Below are positions 35,741 to 50,201 of a DNA stretch of 64,000 bases, piece by piece (position 1 is the first letter of the stretch; the number at the start of each line of letters is the position of its first letter). This DNA comes from Octopus vulgaris (Eukaryota): the NCBI GenBank assembly GCA_951406725.2, contig OX597830.1:8928001-8992000 (forward strand). The letters are read 5' to 3'. A model generated the notes under the pieces. That model had not been told where the DNA came from. It worked only from the letters and a program-made list of their open reading frames with translations, and did no database searches. Both the position numbers and the translations under genes were made by a program.

Positions 35741-36127
35741 CTACACCAGCCACTGTTGGACAAGAAAATTGCAGCTAATTTGACATTTTGCAAGTATATT
35801 ACACAGCTGGTTCATACTCTCTCTCTCCTTTTTTTATGAGGTCTTTATATATATGTGTGTGTGCTTGAAAGTTATGGTTTGTTTGTGCGTTTGTTAGTTC
35901 CCAAATAACACTTATTTTAATGCTGTTGACACCGCTGGATCGAATTGTACTGCCTAGGTGTCGAAACCATAATGATACCCGTGGGGCAGCTAATGATGGA
36001 GGTATGTTAGAGTGTTGGTAAGTATTATAACACATCCTTTTGATATATATATATATATATATATATATATTACGGAGATGTACTTGCATAGCGAGTGACT
36101 TGATCTGAGATCGTGTGCTGGAACGAA

Positions 36128-36367
36128 AACAATTGTAGCGTGGAAGGTGTTTATAAGCCATTTAAGAAACACACAAAACCGTTAGATTCACTTCAACATT
36201 TAAATTTATTTGTCAAAATATTTTCATCACTTCGAAGCTTTGTCAGTGAACAGGTTGCGGTCTCAAAGTGACGAAAATATTTTGACAAATTAACTTTAAA
36301 TGTTGAAGTGAATTTAACGGTTTTGTGTTTCTTAAATGGCCTATAAACACCTTCTATGCTGCAATTG

Positions 36368-36369
<2 letters not shown>
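36128..36369. repeat. Fold-back inverted repeat, arms about 100 bp
   Basis: AACAATTGTAGCGTGGAAGGTGTTTATA.. / ..TATAAACACCTTCTATGCTGCAATTGTT. Confidence 0.9.
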
Positions 36370-36415
<46 letters not shown>

Positions 36416-36494
36416 ATTATTTGAGGGAGTATTAATTCAAACTTACAGGGAAAAAATTTCAATTTAGAAATACTAAATCAAATTTCACACAATA

Positions 36495-36544
<50 letters not shown>

Positions 36545-36573
36545 TTTTGAATTGATATAAAGGTGTTTTTTTC

Positions 36574-36621
<48 letters not shown>

Positions 36622-38874
36622 GACCTTGTAAAGAAGTATGAATAAGTATACAGCTTTAAAACTTGTTTGTTATAGTACTATGATGTCTTGGTTATATAGT
36701 CTGTATGTTCAATGAGATTCATTTGAAGCAAACTCAGGATATACCTATCGAATGAAGTACTGTGTAATTGTCTATCTTAAACAATACTGTATGTTCCCTA
36801 TAATTCAATGTGGTTAGCCAGATCTGGATTATATCCGTGCTTATAAGGTACCTGCCTGGATTCCAAATCCCTATTCATTTATGTTATTAATATAATAGGA
36901 AATATTTCATGGATGGAGATTTTAATATTTTTATTAATACATTGCTACATCTGTTTTTATGGGACTACCTCACCACATCCACAGGATATTATTAAATATT
37001 ATTCATAATATCCAAGGACCCTAGAGGAGTTCGTTAATTTGACTCAGCAGGTTGGGAATAATATTCGTTAGCCAGCAGCAAGGAGTATAGGAGATTTTAT
37101 GAGTACACTTGTAAGCACCTGCTATATACGAAATATAAGTGTGTGTGTCCATGTCCATATAAGATAGTGTGGATGACTAACACAGTTAATGTGGTTTTCC
37201 ATAATGTATACAAATTGAGTATGATACATAGATGGCTATTTTAACCTAATACTGCATTTCTTGCATGTAACAGGCATATAAATGAGGTGTTTTGAACATA
37301 GATCAAAAAGGTTCTTTCTTATATATTTATGAAAGAATTTTTGTATTTTTATTTCAAAATAACTTTAATTGCAGGCGAATTCTGCAATGTATAAAATTAT
37401 TCAAATGTTATTTAAATATCTCCATATAAAAGGAATCTCTTGCTAACATCACCTGCCTGATACATTAATTATATAAATTGAGATGAATTTGATAATTACA
37501 TAAATTGAAGAAAACGAGATGAATTTAAAACCGCATTTTATAAAATTATATTGTATAGAATTTTATTTACACAGATTAAGAAACTATTTATAGAGTTGTA
37601 AAACATTTCACTGAATTTAATTGCTTTCTATGATATATGTGTTTGGTTAAGAAGTTTGCTTAGCAGCTATGTGTTTTTGAGTTCAGTCCCATGTGATGGC
37701 ACCTTGGGCAAGTGTCTTCTACCTCAGCCCTGCCCAGATCAAAAGCATGTGAGAGAATTTGGTAAGTAGAAACCAAAAAAAGCAGCAGCAAGCTGAAAGG
37801 CGGCAAGCTGGCAGAAACGATAGCATGCCGTTTGTCTGTCATTGTTTGTCCTTTCTGTGTTTAGCCCCTTGTTGGTAGTAAAGAAATAGGTATTTAAGGC
37901 AGTGAGCGGGCAGAAACGTTAGCACGCTGGGCGAAATGCTTAGCAGTATTTCGTCTGCCACTACATTCTGAGTTCAAATTCCACCGAGGTCCACTTTGCC
38001 TTTCATCCTTTCAGGGTTGATAAATTAAGTACCAGTTACGCACTGGGGTTGATATAATCGACTTAATCCTTTTGTCTGTCCTTGTTTGTCCCCTCTATGT
38101 TTAGCCCCTTGTGGGTAATAAAGAAATAAGAAACTAAAAAAAGTGATAATGCTGATGGTGAAAGATGAAAATGATGAAAATCATTATAGTGACAAAGATG
38201 ATGATGATGATGATGATGAACCCAGCTGAATATTAACTGATATTTAATTTCATTTGGTGATATTTAAATAAAATACATGAAGAACAGGTGCGCATATTTT
38301 AAGCAAAATTTAAGTTTTACATCATGGAAAATTGAATTTTATAAAAATGTTTTGAAAAAAAAACCCAACAAAATAAAATAAATTCACACAGAAACTGCAA
38401 CACACACACACACACACATATACTCCCACACACACATACATATTCTACATACTCATGCACATGCACACATACTTCCCCTTCCCCCACATGCACACAATAA
38501 TGAAAAGATTCGTTTAGATAATTACTCAGCAGGAATTATTGCTCACCTCTTATATGATAAAAAGAAATATGAATAAAAAAAACTGAAATAAATTTGAAAA
38601 AAAAAATGGTTTTAATTTGAAATAAAAATATTTTATGAAATTAATTTGTATATACACAAATTAAGTAATGATTATTAGTAGGTGGGGGGTGAGGAAGTAG
38701 AGTCAGTTAGTGATAGTAAGAGGGGGAGTTTGTAATTGTAGGAGGAGGAAGAGGAGTGGAGGAGGGGTATTTGTAGCAGTAATAGTAGTAGCAGGGTATA
38801 ACTGATTGAAAAGACCCCAGTACATGACTGGTACTTTGTTTCATTAGATTCGGAAAGATGACGAATACAATTAA

Positions 38875-39222
38875 CCCTTTTGATACCAACCTGGTTGAAA
38901 CTGCCTCTGGCTCTGTAGAACAAATGTCTTGTTTTCAAAAGTTCTGAATAAAAGTCTTCCACCAATCCTTAGTTATCAATAAGCTTGTGTTAGGAACATA
39001 AACAGTGACTAAGTTATTTTACTAAATTCTATGTTATATTTAAAATTAATTGAAAGAAATACAGAGCATCTCAACAAAAATATGGTAACAAAAGGGTTAA
39101 AATATATAATAGAGAAACAATTCTTAACCCTTTTGATACCAACCTGACTGAGACCGCTTCCGGCTCTGTAGTACAAAGGTCTTGTTTTCGAAAGTCCTGA
39201 ATTAAAATCTTCCACCAAACCT
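38875..39222. mobile_element. piggyBac-type MITE (38875-39096) plus an adjacent partial copy
   Basis: TTAA|CCCTTTTGATACC...GGTAACAAAAGGG|TTAA; a second TTAACCCTTTTGATACC starts at about 39124. Confidence 0.75.
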
Positions 39223-40564
39223 TAAAAAAAAAAAAATAAATGTTCCTTCTCAAGCCATGCCAGGCTCATAAGGGCCAGTTTCCCAATTTCAGTGGTGTAG
39301 AAATTCCCCACCTGGACGGGATGCCAATTCGTCCCAGGATTACTCATTTTTGCCAGCTGAGTGGACTGGAGCAACGTGAAAATGAAGTGTTTTGCCCAAG
39401 AACACAATGCATCGCCCAGTCCAGGAATCGAAACTACAACCTTACGATCAGGAGTTCAACACCCTAAACACTAAGCCAAGCACTTCCACCCACCGATACC
39501 TCAGTCATAATTCATGTTCCTAACACCAGTCCCTTGTAAAATACCTATTTCTTTATTACCCACAAGGGGCTAAACATAGAGGGGACAAACAAGGACAGAC
39601 ATAGGTATTAAGTCGATTATATCGACCCCAGTGTGTAACTGGTACATAATTTATTGACCCCGAAAGTATGAAAGGCAAAGTTGACCTCGGTGGAATTTGA
39701 ACTCACAACGTTGCGACAGACGAAATATCGCTAAGCATTTCGCCTGGCACGCTAACGATTCTGCCAGCTCGCCGCCTTAAAATACCTTGTAAAATACCAG
39801 TCATGTATACATGACTGGTATTTTATTTTATTGACTTTGGAAGGACCAAAAGCAAAGCTGGCCTAGATGGGATTTGAACTCAGAACTGTAAAGAGCCAGA
39901 AGAAACTAAATACATTAATCACCAGTAACGAGTTGCAATAAATTAACGACTGGGAGGAAGGTAAAACACTCCATGGTACCCTAACATCACGGAATAAATG
40001 CCACATGTAGATTATATACCCCTATTCTACCTTGAATAGTTGTTGTTATCAAGCGGGGTCATCAGGTTAATGACAGATAATTAAAGTTTGATAGATGAGG
40101 GAAGAAGTGGAGGAGGAGGATGTGTGATGTGTCAAGATAACATGGTATAGGATGGATGAGAGGGCTCCCCTTCCTCCTCCCACTTATAAAAACTACATCT
40201 CTTCCTATCACTCCTGCCATTACCTCCTACCACCATTATACACTCCCCACCCCCCACCTGGCACTGACATAATTAGGGTTTGTTCTGACTGATTGGATGG
40301 TTTGTGGCAGTGGTTCATGGGTACACACACGCACACATATACGTACATACAAAATATACATGCTCACACACACACACACACAGTGTAAATATATACATGT
40401 GTATATATAAATACATATACACAAACATATATATATTATATACTTACATATTCACACATATATGTGTGTCTATATATATCCGTGTGTGTGTGTGTATAAA
40501 TATATATATATACATATGTATATATATATAAAGATATATACACATGTGTGTGTATATATATATA

Positions 40565-40597
<33 letters not shown>

Positions 40598-41136
40598 GTA
40601 TACATACATGTGTGTGTATAAATATATATATATATATACACACATATATATATATATATATACACACACATGTGTATATATATATATATATATATACGTG
40701 TGTGTATAAATATATATATATACATGTGTGAGTATAAATATATATATATATATACACACATACACAAATTATAACATCCTGACACATACATGGTAATAAA
40801 CAATAACACTAACGCACACTCAGTGAAAAAATACATATCTATGTCTCCTCTGTGTATGATTGTATGTGTGTGTGAACTTCTATGCGTAAGTCAGTGTGTG
40901 TGAGCACATATCGTTGAATCTGTGTGTGTGTGTTTGTGTGTAAGTCCACCAGGTGTCACTCTACCAATGTGCCAATCAGTTATCCCTCTTTCAATCAGTC
41001 TCCCTGTCCGTCAATATAATCCATGCATCAATATGAATTTCTCTGCATATAAATACATGCCTGTCAATCTGTCGATGTCAGTCAGTGTTCTCGTCAGTCA
41101 ATGTCAACCAGTCTGTGTCATTCTCAATTTATGTCA

Positions 41137-41170
<34 letters not shown>

Positions 41171-42996
41171 GCCTGACCGAGTTAGTTTGTATCTGAGTTA
41201 ACCAGCTTCTTAGTTGTGTTATATAAGTATATGCTGGTCTGTTTATACTTTAGTGTGTCTTACTAACATCCATATAAGCAGACAGGCATTTATATTGTGA
41301 ATGCATTAAACACTTAAAATGGGAGCAGTGAGTTTCAATGTATGTTGAATTATTCTTTTACTTGTTTCAGTCATTTGACTGCAGCCATGCTGGAGCACTG
41401 CCTTAAGCTGAACAAATCAACTCCCAGGACTTATTCTTTGTAAGCCTGGTACTTATTCTATCGGCTTCCTGTCCCGAACTGCTAAGTTATAGGGATGTAA
41501 ACACACCAAAATCGGTTGTCAAGCGATGGTAAGGGGGACAAACACAGACACTCAAATATATACATACATGTATATATACGATGGGCTTCTTTCAGTTTCC
41601 ATCTACCAAATCCACTCACAATGCTTTGGTTGGCCCGAGACTCTAGTAGGAGTCACTTGCCCAAGGTGCCACACAGTGAGACTGAACCCAGACCATATGG
41701 TTGGGAAGCAAGCTTCTTACCCCACAACCACTCCTGCACCTATCCGTTTAATGTTTAAAAAAAAAGGAGAGGAGTCTTGACATTTTGGACACTAGTCCTT
41801 CATCAGAAAAAAATATAACAGAAAAATTCATTGCATAATTTCTTGTTCCCTTCTCATGTATTTAGTTTCTGATTTATATATATGAAGGTCAAGTTAAGTA
41901 GAATTGTTTCTTCCACACATACAGGCTGATCCGTTCAGGTGCAGTGCCACATAAAAAACACCTGTGCCAGTGCTGTGCAAATGCACTCATGTAGGTGGCA
42001 TATATAAAGCACCCAGTACACTCTTAAGTGGCTGGCATTAGAAAGGGCATTTGGCTGTAAAAAACCATTCCATAATAAACAGTTGGCCATGACTTTGCCT
42101 TGTAGTCCCTCCAAGACCATTGAATTTGATGCCATTAGAGTTTTAGGAAAACAAAGAACACACAAAATAATGTAGTCCTAGATGGGCAGTGCCGGAAAGA
42201 AGGGCAGGATGAACATGAATAAAGCAGGGTTCACTTCATTTTCATTTTTTTTAATTAGCTGAGTTTGCAGGAAGGGCCAGTGGCAATAAGTTTATCTCAT
42301 GGTCCCTCTAAGACCACTAAGCTTGATGTCATTAACATTTTTAGAGAACAAAGAACACACAAAATAATGTAATCCTAGATGGGCAATGCCAGAGAGAAGG
42401 GCAGGATGATCATATTTTATCAAAGGTCTCCTGGATCAGAATTTATCCCAGAGGTGGAGCTGTGGTATGTTTAAAAGCCAACTTCCGCCTGCCACCAGAT
42501 CTCACCCTTTTATCTACCCCATCACTTTTTAATGCTTTTTTGCCCAATCCTTCTGCCCCAACACTGATGACTTTCCCTCCTGTGGAGACATCAATCTTTG
42601 CAAGTCCATACTGAATCCTCCCTGAAGATCGATCCTACCCATTCTGCAGTGACCTACAAAGGTCATGGGAGTGACTCTCCTTTTCTGACTAATTAATACA
42701 CACACACACACATAAATATATACACATGCATACATATACAGACACATACATATACATAAAACACTAACATTCACACACATTTACTTACACAAATATGCAC
42801 ATACATGCATACAAACATATATACGTATATATATATATATATATATACACACACAAACATGCATATGTATATACACACACAAACAAGCATATGTATAAAC
42901 ATTCATACAAGCATATATATATATATATACACATGTACATTTATATACATACACACACACACACATATATATATATACATATACATGTATACATAC

Positions 42997-43041
<45 letters not shown>

Positions 43042-44797
43042 TACGTACATATATATACATACATATACATACATATATACATACACATATACATACGTAC
43101 ATATATATACATACATATATACATACACATATATATACATACATACATACACATGTATAAATACATACATACATACATAGTCATGCATACATATACAAAC
43201 ATACATATATTCATACATAAATACACACAGACATATATATTCATACATATACATACATTCACACACACACACACACACATGCATAAATACATACATACAC
43301 CCACCCACCCACACATATGCATACATCCATTCACACGCCCATACCTAAACACGCACACAAACACAAATACGCAAACAGGAACATATCAATAATTACTACT
43401 CCCCACTTTGAAGTTACATATTTATTAAATGTCTTTGATGTGTTTTGTCATTGTTTACACTATTATTATTATTATTATTATTATTAATATTATTAATATT
43501 ATTATTATTATTATTATTAATATTATTATTATTATTATTATTGCTCTTGTTGTTGATATTACTCCTGTAGTTTTCATTATTGCTGTTTTTTTTATTAGTT
43601 TTTTTATTATTGAGTTACTTTTGTTATTTCTTTTTTCAGCAGTATATGTAGACTTGTTTATCATTATTATCATTATTATTATTATTATTATTGTTGTTGT
43701 TGTTATTCATCATTATTACCATCATCATAATGAATATTATTATTATTATTATTGTTTGTTGTTGTTTCCATGCCTTTGTTGTTATTATTGTCTGTCATGT
43801 TTGTTGTGTATTTGTTATTGTTTGTTGTTGTTGTTGTTGTTTGTCTATTTGATTTTCCTCCTTTTTGTTTACGCCCCCCTTCTTCCCCCAACTCCCCCCC
43901 CCCACCATTCATTATTAAAATAAAATCAACAACAAATCATGAGGTCCCTATGCTACTCACCCCACAAAAAAAAACATTAGTCACCCCCCTCTCCACTTTT
44001 CAATACTACACCACCACCACCACCGCCCTGCCGTTGCCTCTGTCTGTCGCAAACACCAGCTCCACCTACAGGAAGTTGATTTAAACAACACTAAAACTAC
44101 ATTACTTTATTAGTCACATGAATGTTGCGGTGGTGGTGTGGTGATGGTGGCTGTGGTAGTAAATGTGGTGGTGGTAGTAGTTATTGTGGTAGTGTTGTTT
44201 ATTAATGGGGGTTGTGGTATAGGTTCTAGGGTGGTGGTACTTGTAGTGATGGTGGTAGTGGATGTGCTCATTATGATGGTGGTGGCAGCAGTACAGGTTG
44301 TAGTAGTTGTGGTAGTAGCTGTAGTAGTAGTAGTATTATCAGTGGTGGTGCAGGTTGTAGTAAGTGGTGGCAGCAGTAGTGAAGGTGGTAGTGGGCTGTG
44401 GTATTGATAATGTGAATGGTAGTGTCGATGTTGGTATTAACTGTAGTGATGATGTCTGAAGGTGATGAGAGTGTCATCACCCACAATTCAACCACCATCA
44501 TTTGAATTTTGTCTCCAAGAAACAAGCTCCAGGAGGTTACTTTCCTTTCACCATATTCCTCATAATCAGTGTAACTACCCCCACTACACTCTTCATATAT
44601 ATATGTTGTTGTTAAATGCTCGAAATACGAAACTAGAAAAACAACCAGCAACTGATGAAGGGTCGTTCTTTATGTAGCTTAATTTGTTTCCCGTTTGTGT
44701 CTTTCGTTATTCAAAAGAACAATTCACATTCCACATACTCGCACTTCTTTGTTGTACACATTTCATGACGTCCTGTGCCCACATATGCACATATATA

Positions 44798-44848
<51 letters not shown>

Positions 44849-46714
44849 ATAGATGTAAGTATGTACATATACGTATGTATATATGCATATATCTATATCT
44901 ATATCTATCTATCTATCTATCTCTATCTATCTATCTATATATATATATATATATATATATGCATATATATACATAGATATATATATATCATATGATTCAC
45001 CAGACTACTGGATGTTGTTATGCAATGCTGGTCGCAATACACACTTTGTATCATTTAGCATCCAAATGGTGCCACTGTGCTGGCTAGGCAAGCATATATA
45101 TATATGTGTGTATATATATATATATTACCTTTTAGAAGGAAAGGTTGACAGTGACTTTGAATTATGAAACAGATCACAGAAGGAAGTCTAAGATTTCAGG
45201 TTACAGAATTTAAGAAAGGAAGTAAAAGGATTAAGAGAAGGAAGAGAAAAAGAAAGAGGAGTTGTACCAAATTTACACACTCACACACATGAATTGATGG
45301 AATAACAAGAGAGCAGAAATTACATAATGAACTTCATTGCCTTACAACTGTTTCTGCTATAAGATGCACTGCACTCAGACCTGAGTACTTGTACATCACC
45401 TTATAGCGTCCTTTAGAAAGCTCTGAGAGCTGTAACTTAATGAAATTGATTATGTAATTTGTATTCTCTTGTCATTCTGATAATTGACATTATGCTCTGC
45501 ACTTGCCAAACACTTAAGTTATTAGTATCATTATGCCTAAGTAAAAAAAAATTAAGGTAGTGAGTTGGCAAAATTGTTAGCATGCTGGATGAAATACTTC
45601 ATCAGAACGCTATGTTCTGAGTTTAAATTCCACCATGGTCAACTTTACCTTTTATCCTTTCAGTACCAGTTATGCACTGAGGTTGATGTAATTGACTATA
45701 CCCCTCCCCTAAATTTCAGGCCTTGTGCCTATAATAGAAAGGATTATACCTAAGTAAAATCATAATATATATAGAAATATATAAATATTTTGTCTTGGGA
45801 GGATTATTATGCTAATAATAATAATAATACATGCACTGGTTCCATACCACTTCCAGTGAATTGGTTAAGTATCTAACCAACAAACTAATTGTTTGTTTAA
45901 TGTGCTGGTTAAACAATCAATTGGTTGTTTATTAGTCAAAGTTCTTTCATTGCTATTCACAACTTTCTCTGACACTTCCCCTCTCTCATCAAGGTCTGTT
46001 CTGAGTCTGAGAATTTGTGTGATGCCTCTGTGTGTCTATGCTTGTATGCATGTATGTAGAAGTGTATTTGCTTAGAAGAGGGGGTAAGGGTGAGATGCAT
46101 AAATAAATTGCAATAACAATAAGGTTAGTCAGAAGAAATGAAGGAACTGTTCCTCAGTTTAATTCTACAGAGGTACAGAAAGTCTTCAAATTTTCCAAGG
46201 AAATAAAATGACATTCCCCTGGCACGTAAAAAGCACCATCCGTACGTGGTCGATGCCAGCACCACCTTGACTGGCTTCCCGTGCCGGTGGCACATAAAAA
46301 GCACCAACCGATCATGGCTGTTGCCAGCCTCCCCTGGCACCTGTGCCGGTGGAACGTAAAAAGCACCATCCAAGCGTGGCCGTTTGCCAGCCTCGTCTGG
46401 CACTTGTGTCGGTGGCATGTAAAAAGTACCCACTACACTCACGGAGTGGTTGGCATTAGGAAGGGCATCCAGCTGTAGAAACACTGCCAGATCAGACTGG
46501 AGCCTGGTGCAGCCTCCTGGCTTCCTAGACCCAGGTCGAACCATCCAATCCATGCTAGCAAGGAAAACGGATGTTAAATGATGATGATGATGATGAAATA
46601 AAATAAAATAATGAAGTACTTCAAGGTAGGAACAAGAAACAGAGTTGTAAAGACTGAGACACAGGACCTCTCAAGAAGGCCACCCCAATGCACTCAGGAT
46701 GTTAGTGGCTCATC

Positions 46715-47400
46715 ATTGAGAGAGGTGGAGCAGTTTGGGTACCTTGGGACTGTATTCGTGAGTGATGGAAGGCGAAGGCTGAATTGGATGCTACAGTTGC
46801 AGATGGTGGGACAGTAATGCACTGACTCCTGCATTTGATCTTCAGAGAGAGAGTTTGGTAAAAATGCCAAACTTTGGTTTTTGTGCCTATTCTCATCTAT
46901 GGTCCTGAATGTTGGGTATTGACCTAAAGAGTAGGATCTCTGATATAAGTGGCTGAAATGGGGTTTCTCAGAAGGACACCTGGATACTGGCTTGGGAAAA
47001 AATTTGTTTAGGGGGTGCAAACCCAGGTCCAACATTTTTTACAAACAACTTCAAGCTATTTTTCATTGATCACTTTTTACTCACTGCTTTTTAAACCTAA
47101 GAAAAGTAAATAGGGGTACAAATTTTGATTTTGCACCACCAAAATATTTTGGGAGGTGCACCTGCACACCTTGCACCCCCTGTTCCCGGGCCCATACACC
47201 TGGAGCAACATTATTTGATTGGCTGTGTAGATCAGATATCATAGTCTTTTCTGGTCAAGTTGTTACATTTCTGTATTGAGAAGTCACAGCTCCAGTACTA
47301 TGGACATGTGGTTAGAATGTTACAGGAAAGAATGGCCAATCAACAGGAGACCCGGGGTTAGACCAAGGATCAGATGATCGGATAATAGCTACAGTCCCGG
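46715..47400 (+). mobile_element. RTE-clade LINE 3' fragment, interrupted at about 46984-47195 by a small insertion
   Basis: VEQFGYLGTVFVSDG; PILIYGPECWVLT; VAEMGFLRR; QLQYYGHVVRM. ACACCTGGA is repeated on both sides of the insertion. Confidence 0.75.
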
Positions 47401-47516
47401 TTTATTGAAAATTGTAATGATGGATGCTTCTGATATGATATTACAGGGAGGAGCCAGAGAACCCAGCTCCCTTGACCATCCTTCTAGCACTTGAAAATCA
47501 CACACACATACACATA

Positions 47517-47898
47517 TCTCTCTATATATAAAGCTGAAGTTGTCTGTGTATGGCAGGTTTGGTAGCCTTCAACTAACTCTATCTCCTCCGAGACCCTGCG
47601 GTGCAAGTTGACCAAAATTGAGAGTATGATAGAAGAAGGTTTGCTCTTCCTTCCACAGAAGAAAAAATTCAAATCGGATCATGTTAACACCAAAAATTAT
47701 TTACATCAAAAAGGTGCTCTTTTTCTATGAAAATCCCGATTTTTTGACGGCTGTGTCGCCATTTTTCGGTGTATTTCAACCAGAAAAATGTTCACTTAAA
47801 GAGAATAACTAGCTACATAATGCAAAATTTTTACTTTTCAAAAATTCCAATTCTAAAGGGTCGAAACAAACCTGAGCAATGCTGGGCGATACTGCTAG
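47517..47898 (+). mobile_element. Non-autonomous Helitron-like element
   Basis: 5' TC..TATATATAAAG, GC-rich imperfect 3' hairpin then CTAG, inserted between A and T, no TSD. Confidence 0.65.
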
Positions 47899-48025
47899 TT
47901 TATGTATATGTTTATAGCTGTCCATCAAATCTACTAATGACCATCCCCTTCAACTTAGAGTCCTTTGATGACTTTATAGCTTAAAGGGAGGGCAATAAAC
48001 AAATAAAACAGGGGTTGCTTGGCCT

Positions 48026-48056
<31 letters not shown>

Positions 48057-48153
48057 ATGTAAACAGGAAAAATAGAACTCAAAGTATGAGTGTATGTATA
48101 TTTTTTAGTAATATTTAGCAGAATAGAGTGACTCAAGGTCTGAGAGTTTCGAT

Positions 48154-48212
<59 letters not shown>

Positions 48213-49654
48213 ACATAAATTTATATATATGCATACTCATACACACACACACATGTACATATATATATAATATATAAACAAATTGACATACAAAAATGAC
48301 ACGCGTGAATAAATTATGCTTTTTGGGGGTTGAGCAGACATGCACCCCCCCCATAGAACACACACATACACACACACACTACACTGACTCACACATAGAG
48401 AAACGCACTAAACAAAGCTTTCAATATTACTCATTCTCACAGACACACACACATACATACACAATGTAACGATCATCAGAACATCAAAGTAAACTCCACA
48501 AACCACCACCACCACCACCACCATCATCATAAACAATAACAACAACAGCTGACATAGTTAAATGGTGGTGGTGGTGGTGGGGGGGAGAAGTTGGTCTATT
48601 GATGTAACAAACTAATGGTAGTCACCTGAACACAAAAGGGGAGACCAAATTAAAGGTAGGGGGCGTGAAGTTTTTACCCACCCCTACCACTCCCTCTCTC
48701 TAAGTGACTCTAAACGATTCTTTCCCCCTCCTACTCCTAATCCATACATATGTGCACACATACATATATATATATATACACACATACAAACACACACGTA
48801 CATACATATATATACATATACATACATACATATAGACACACACATACATACTATATGTGTATATTTAGATATATGCATACATATATACATATATTCTCGT
48901 ATAGATCCATACACATACATACACATATATATGACTCAATTCTATTGGTCACGAATGACCATGGGTGCACTTAAGAGGTTCCCCTCCGGGGGTCAAGCCG
49001 GGGCAGGAAGTTGCCTCACCAGTGGACGCACAACCTAAGGTTGTTTTTATGGAAGACCAGCAGTCGTTCATGCATATCGGCTTCCCCTCTCCATGCCACC
49101 GATGTTACCCAAGGGAAAGACAAAAAAAAGGCCATTACAGTTTGGCACCAGTGATGTCACAACTCATTTCTACAGCTGAGTGAATTGGAGCAACGTGAAA
49201 TAAAGTGTCTTACTCAAGAACACAACACGCAGCCTGGTCTGGGAATCGAACTCACAACCTGGCGATCGTAAGCTCAACACTCTAACCACTGAGCCATGTT
49301 CCTTCACACACACACACACACACACATATTTATATCTAATGTGTTTTTACATATTATCTGCTATGTCTATCATCATCATCATCATCGTTTAACATCCACT
49401 TTCCATGCTAGCATAAGTTGGACGATTTTGACTGAGGGCTGGCGAACCAGATGGCTGCACCAGGCTCGAATCTTGATCTAGCAGAGTTTCTACAGCTGGA
49501 TGCCCTTCCTAATACCAACCACTCCGAGAGTGTAGTGGGTGCTTTTTACGTGCCACCGTGATGGGGGCCAGTCAGGCACAGAAGCCAGTCAGCCGCTCTG
49601 GCAACAATTTTATAGTGTGCAATATTTGCAACACTCAGGAAACTATGATGTAAT

Positions 49655-50066
49655 AGCATGTTGTCAACTTAATGTGACAGTCCCATAAAAGGGAAGAATG
49701 CTACTGTTATTTAGCCCTAGGAAACACCGTTTCCTGTTGGACTTGATACATTTCCTGTGTCCTTATGTTTTCAAAGGGGCTATAAGCACCTCCACCTAGC
49801 AGAGCTAGCACCCAGAGACTAGTTTCAGAGTCATTGCTCATCATCAGTCTGGAGTAGCATGGCTTGCTGGCTGTCGATGCCTATCCACCTTTGAAAGCAT
49901 ATATCTGAAGTGAAATACAGTCTCTGAGTTTTGAAAATAGAAATAATATATTTCTAAATTTCTCAGGAAATGTGTCAAGTCCAACAGGAAATGGTATATC
50001 CTAGGGTTAAATAACAGTAGCATTCTTCTCTTTTATGGGACACTCAATTTAAGTTGACAATATACT
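49655..50066. repeat. Fold-back inverted repeat, arms about 100 bp, enclosing a hammerhead motif
   Basis: GTCCCATAAAAGGGAAGAATGCTACTGTTATTTA.. / ..TAAATAACAGTAGCATTCTTCTCTTTTATGGGAC. Confidence 0.9.
49811..49853 (-). ncRNA. Minimal type I hammerhead motif in the loop of a fold-back element
   Basis: Minus strand reads TCCAGA-CTGATGA-T-GAG(caatga)CTC-T-GAAAC-TA-GTC-TCTGGG; helix III ACTAGT is palindromic. Confidence 0.68.
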
Positions 50067-50155
50067 ATCAATTTATCATGCTGCTACTGCATGAATTGTG
50101 TGTTTTTGATCAGCCCAGTCTCCACAGCGGCTTGGCTGTTATCGCTATTGGACAT

Positions 50156-50201
50156 CTACCACTGAAGAGACTTGGTAGGCCGAAATCATGTGATCTAGCA
50201 G
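50156..50201 (+). ncRNA. Degenerate hammerhead motif
   Basis: CTACCA-CTGAAGA-GACTT..AGGCC-GAAA-TCA(tg)TGA-TC-TAGCAG; helices I and II have mismatches. Confidence 0.5.

Noticed and set aside
36620-37600. Non-repetitive-looking AT-rich block, possibly a decayed retroelement ORF
   Set aside because: No recognisable protein motif by eye; a translated search would be needed
42107-42410. ~105-bp direct repeat with ~197-bp period (similar small duplication at 60180-60415)
   Set aside because: Ordinary decayed local duplication with no further structure seen
44652-44670. CTGATGAAGGG hammerhead half-core (also CTGATGA at about 24504)
   Set aside because: No matching helix II or GAAA downstream; the 24504 instance is the FTDEK codon string of a transposase
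46125-46200. Candidate first exon of EPB41L4A (FLYLCRIKLRNSSF)
   Set aside because: No start codon context, no LLD motif and no splice donor; it ends in a stop. I found no first coding exon in 28112-64000.
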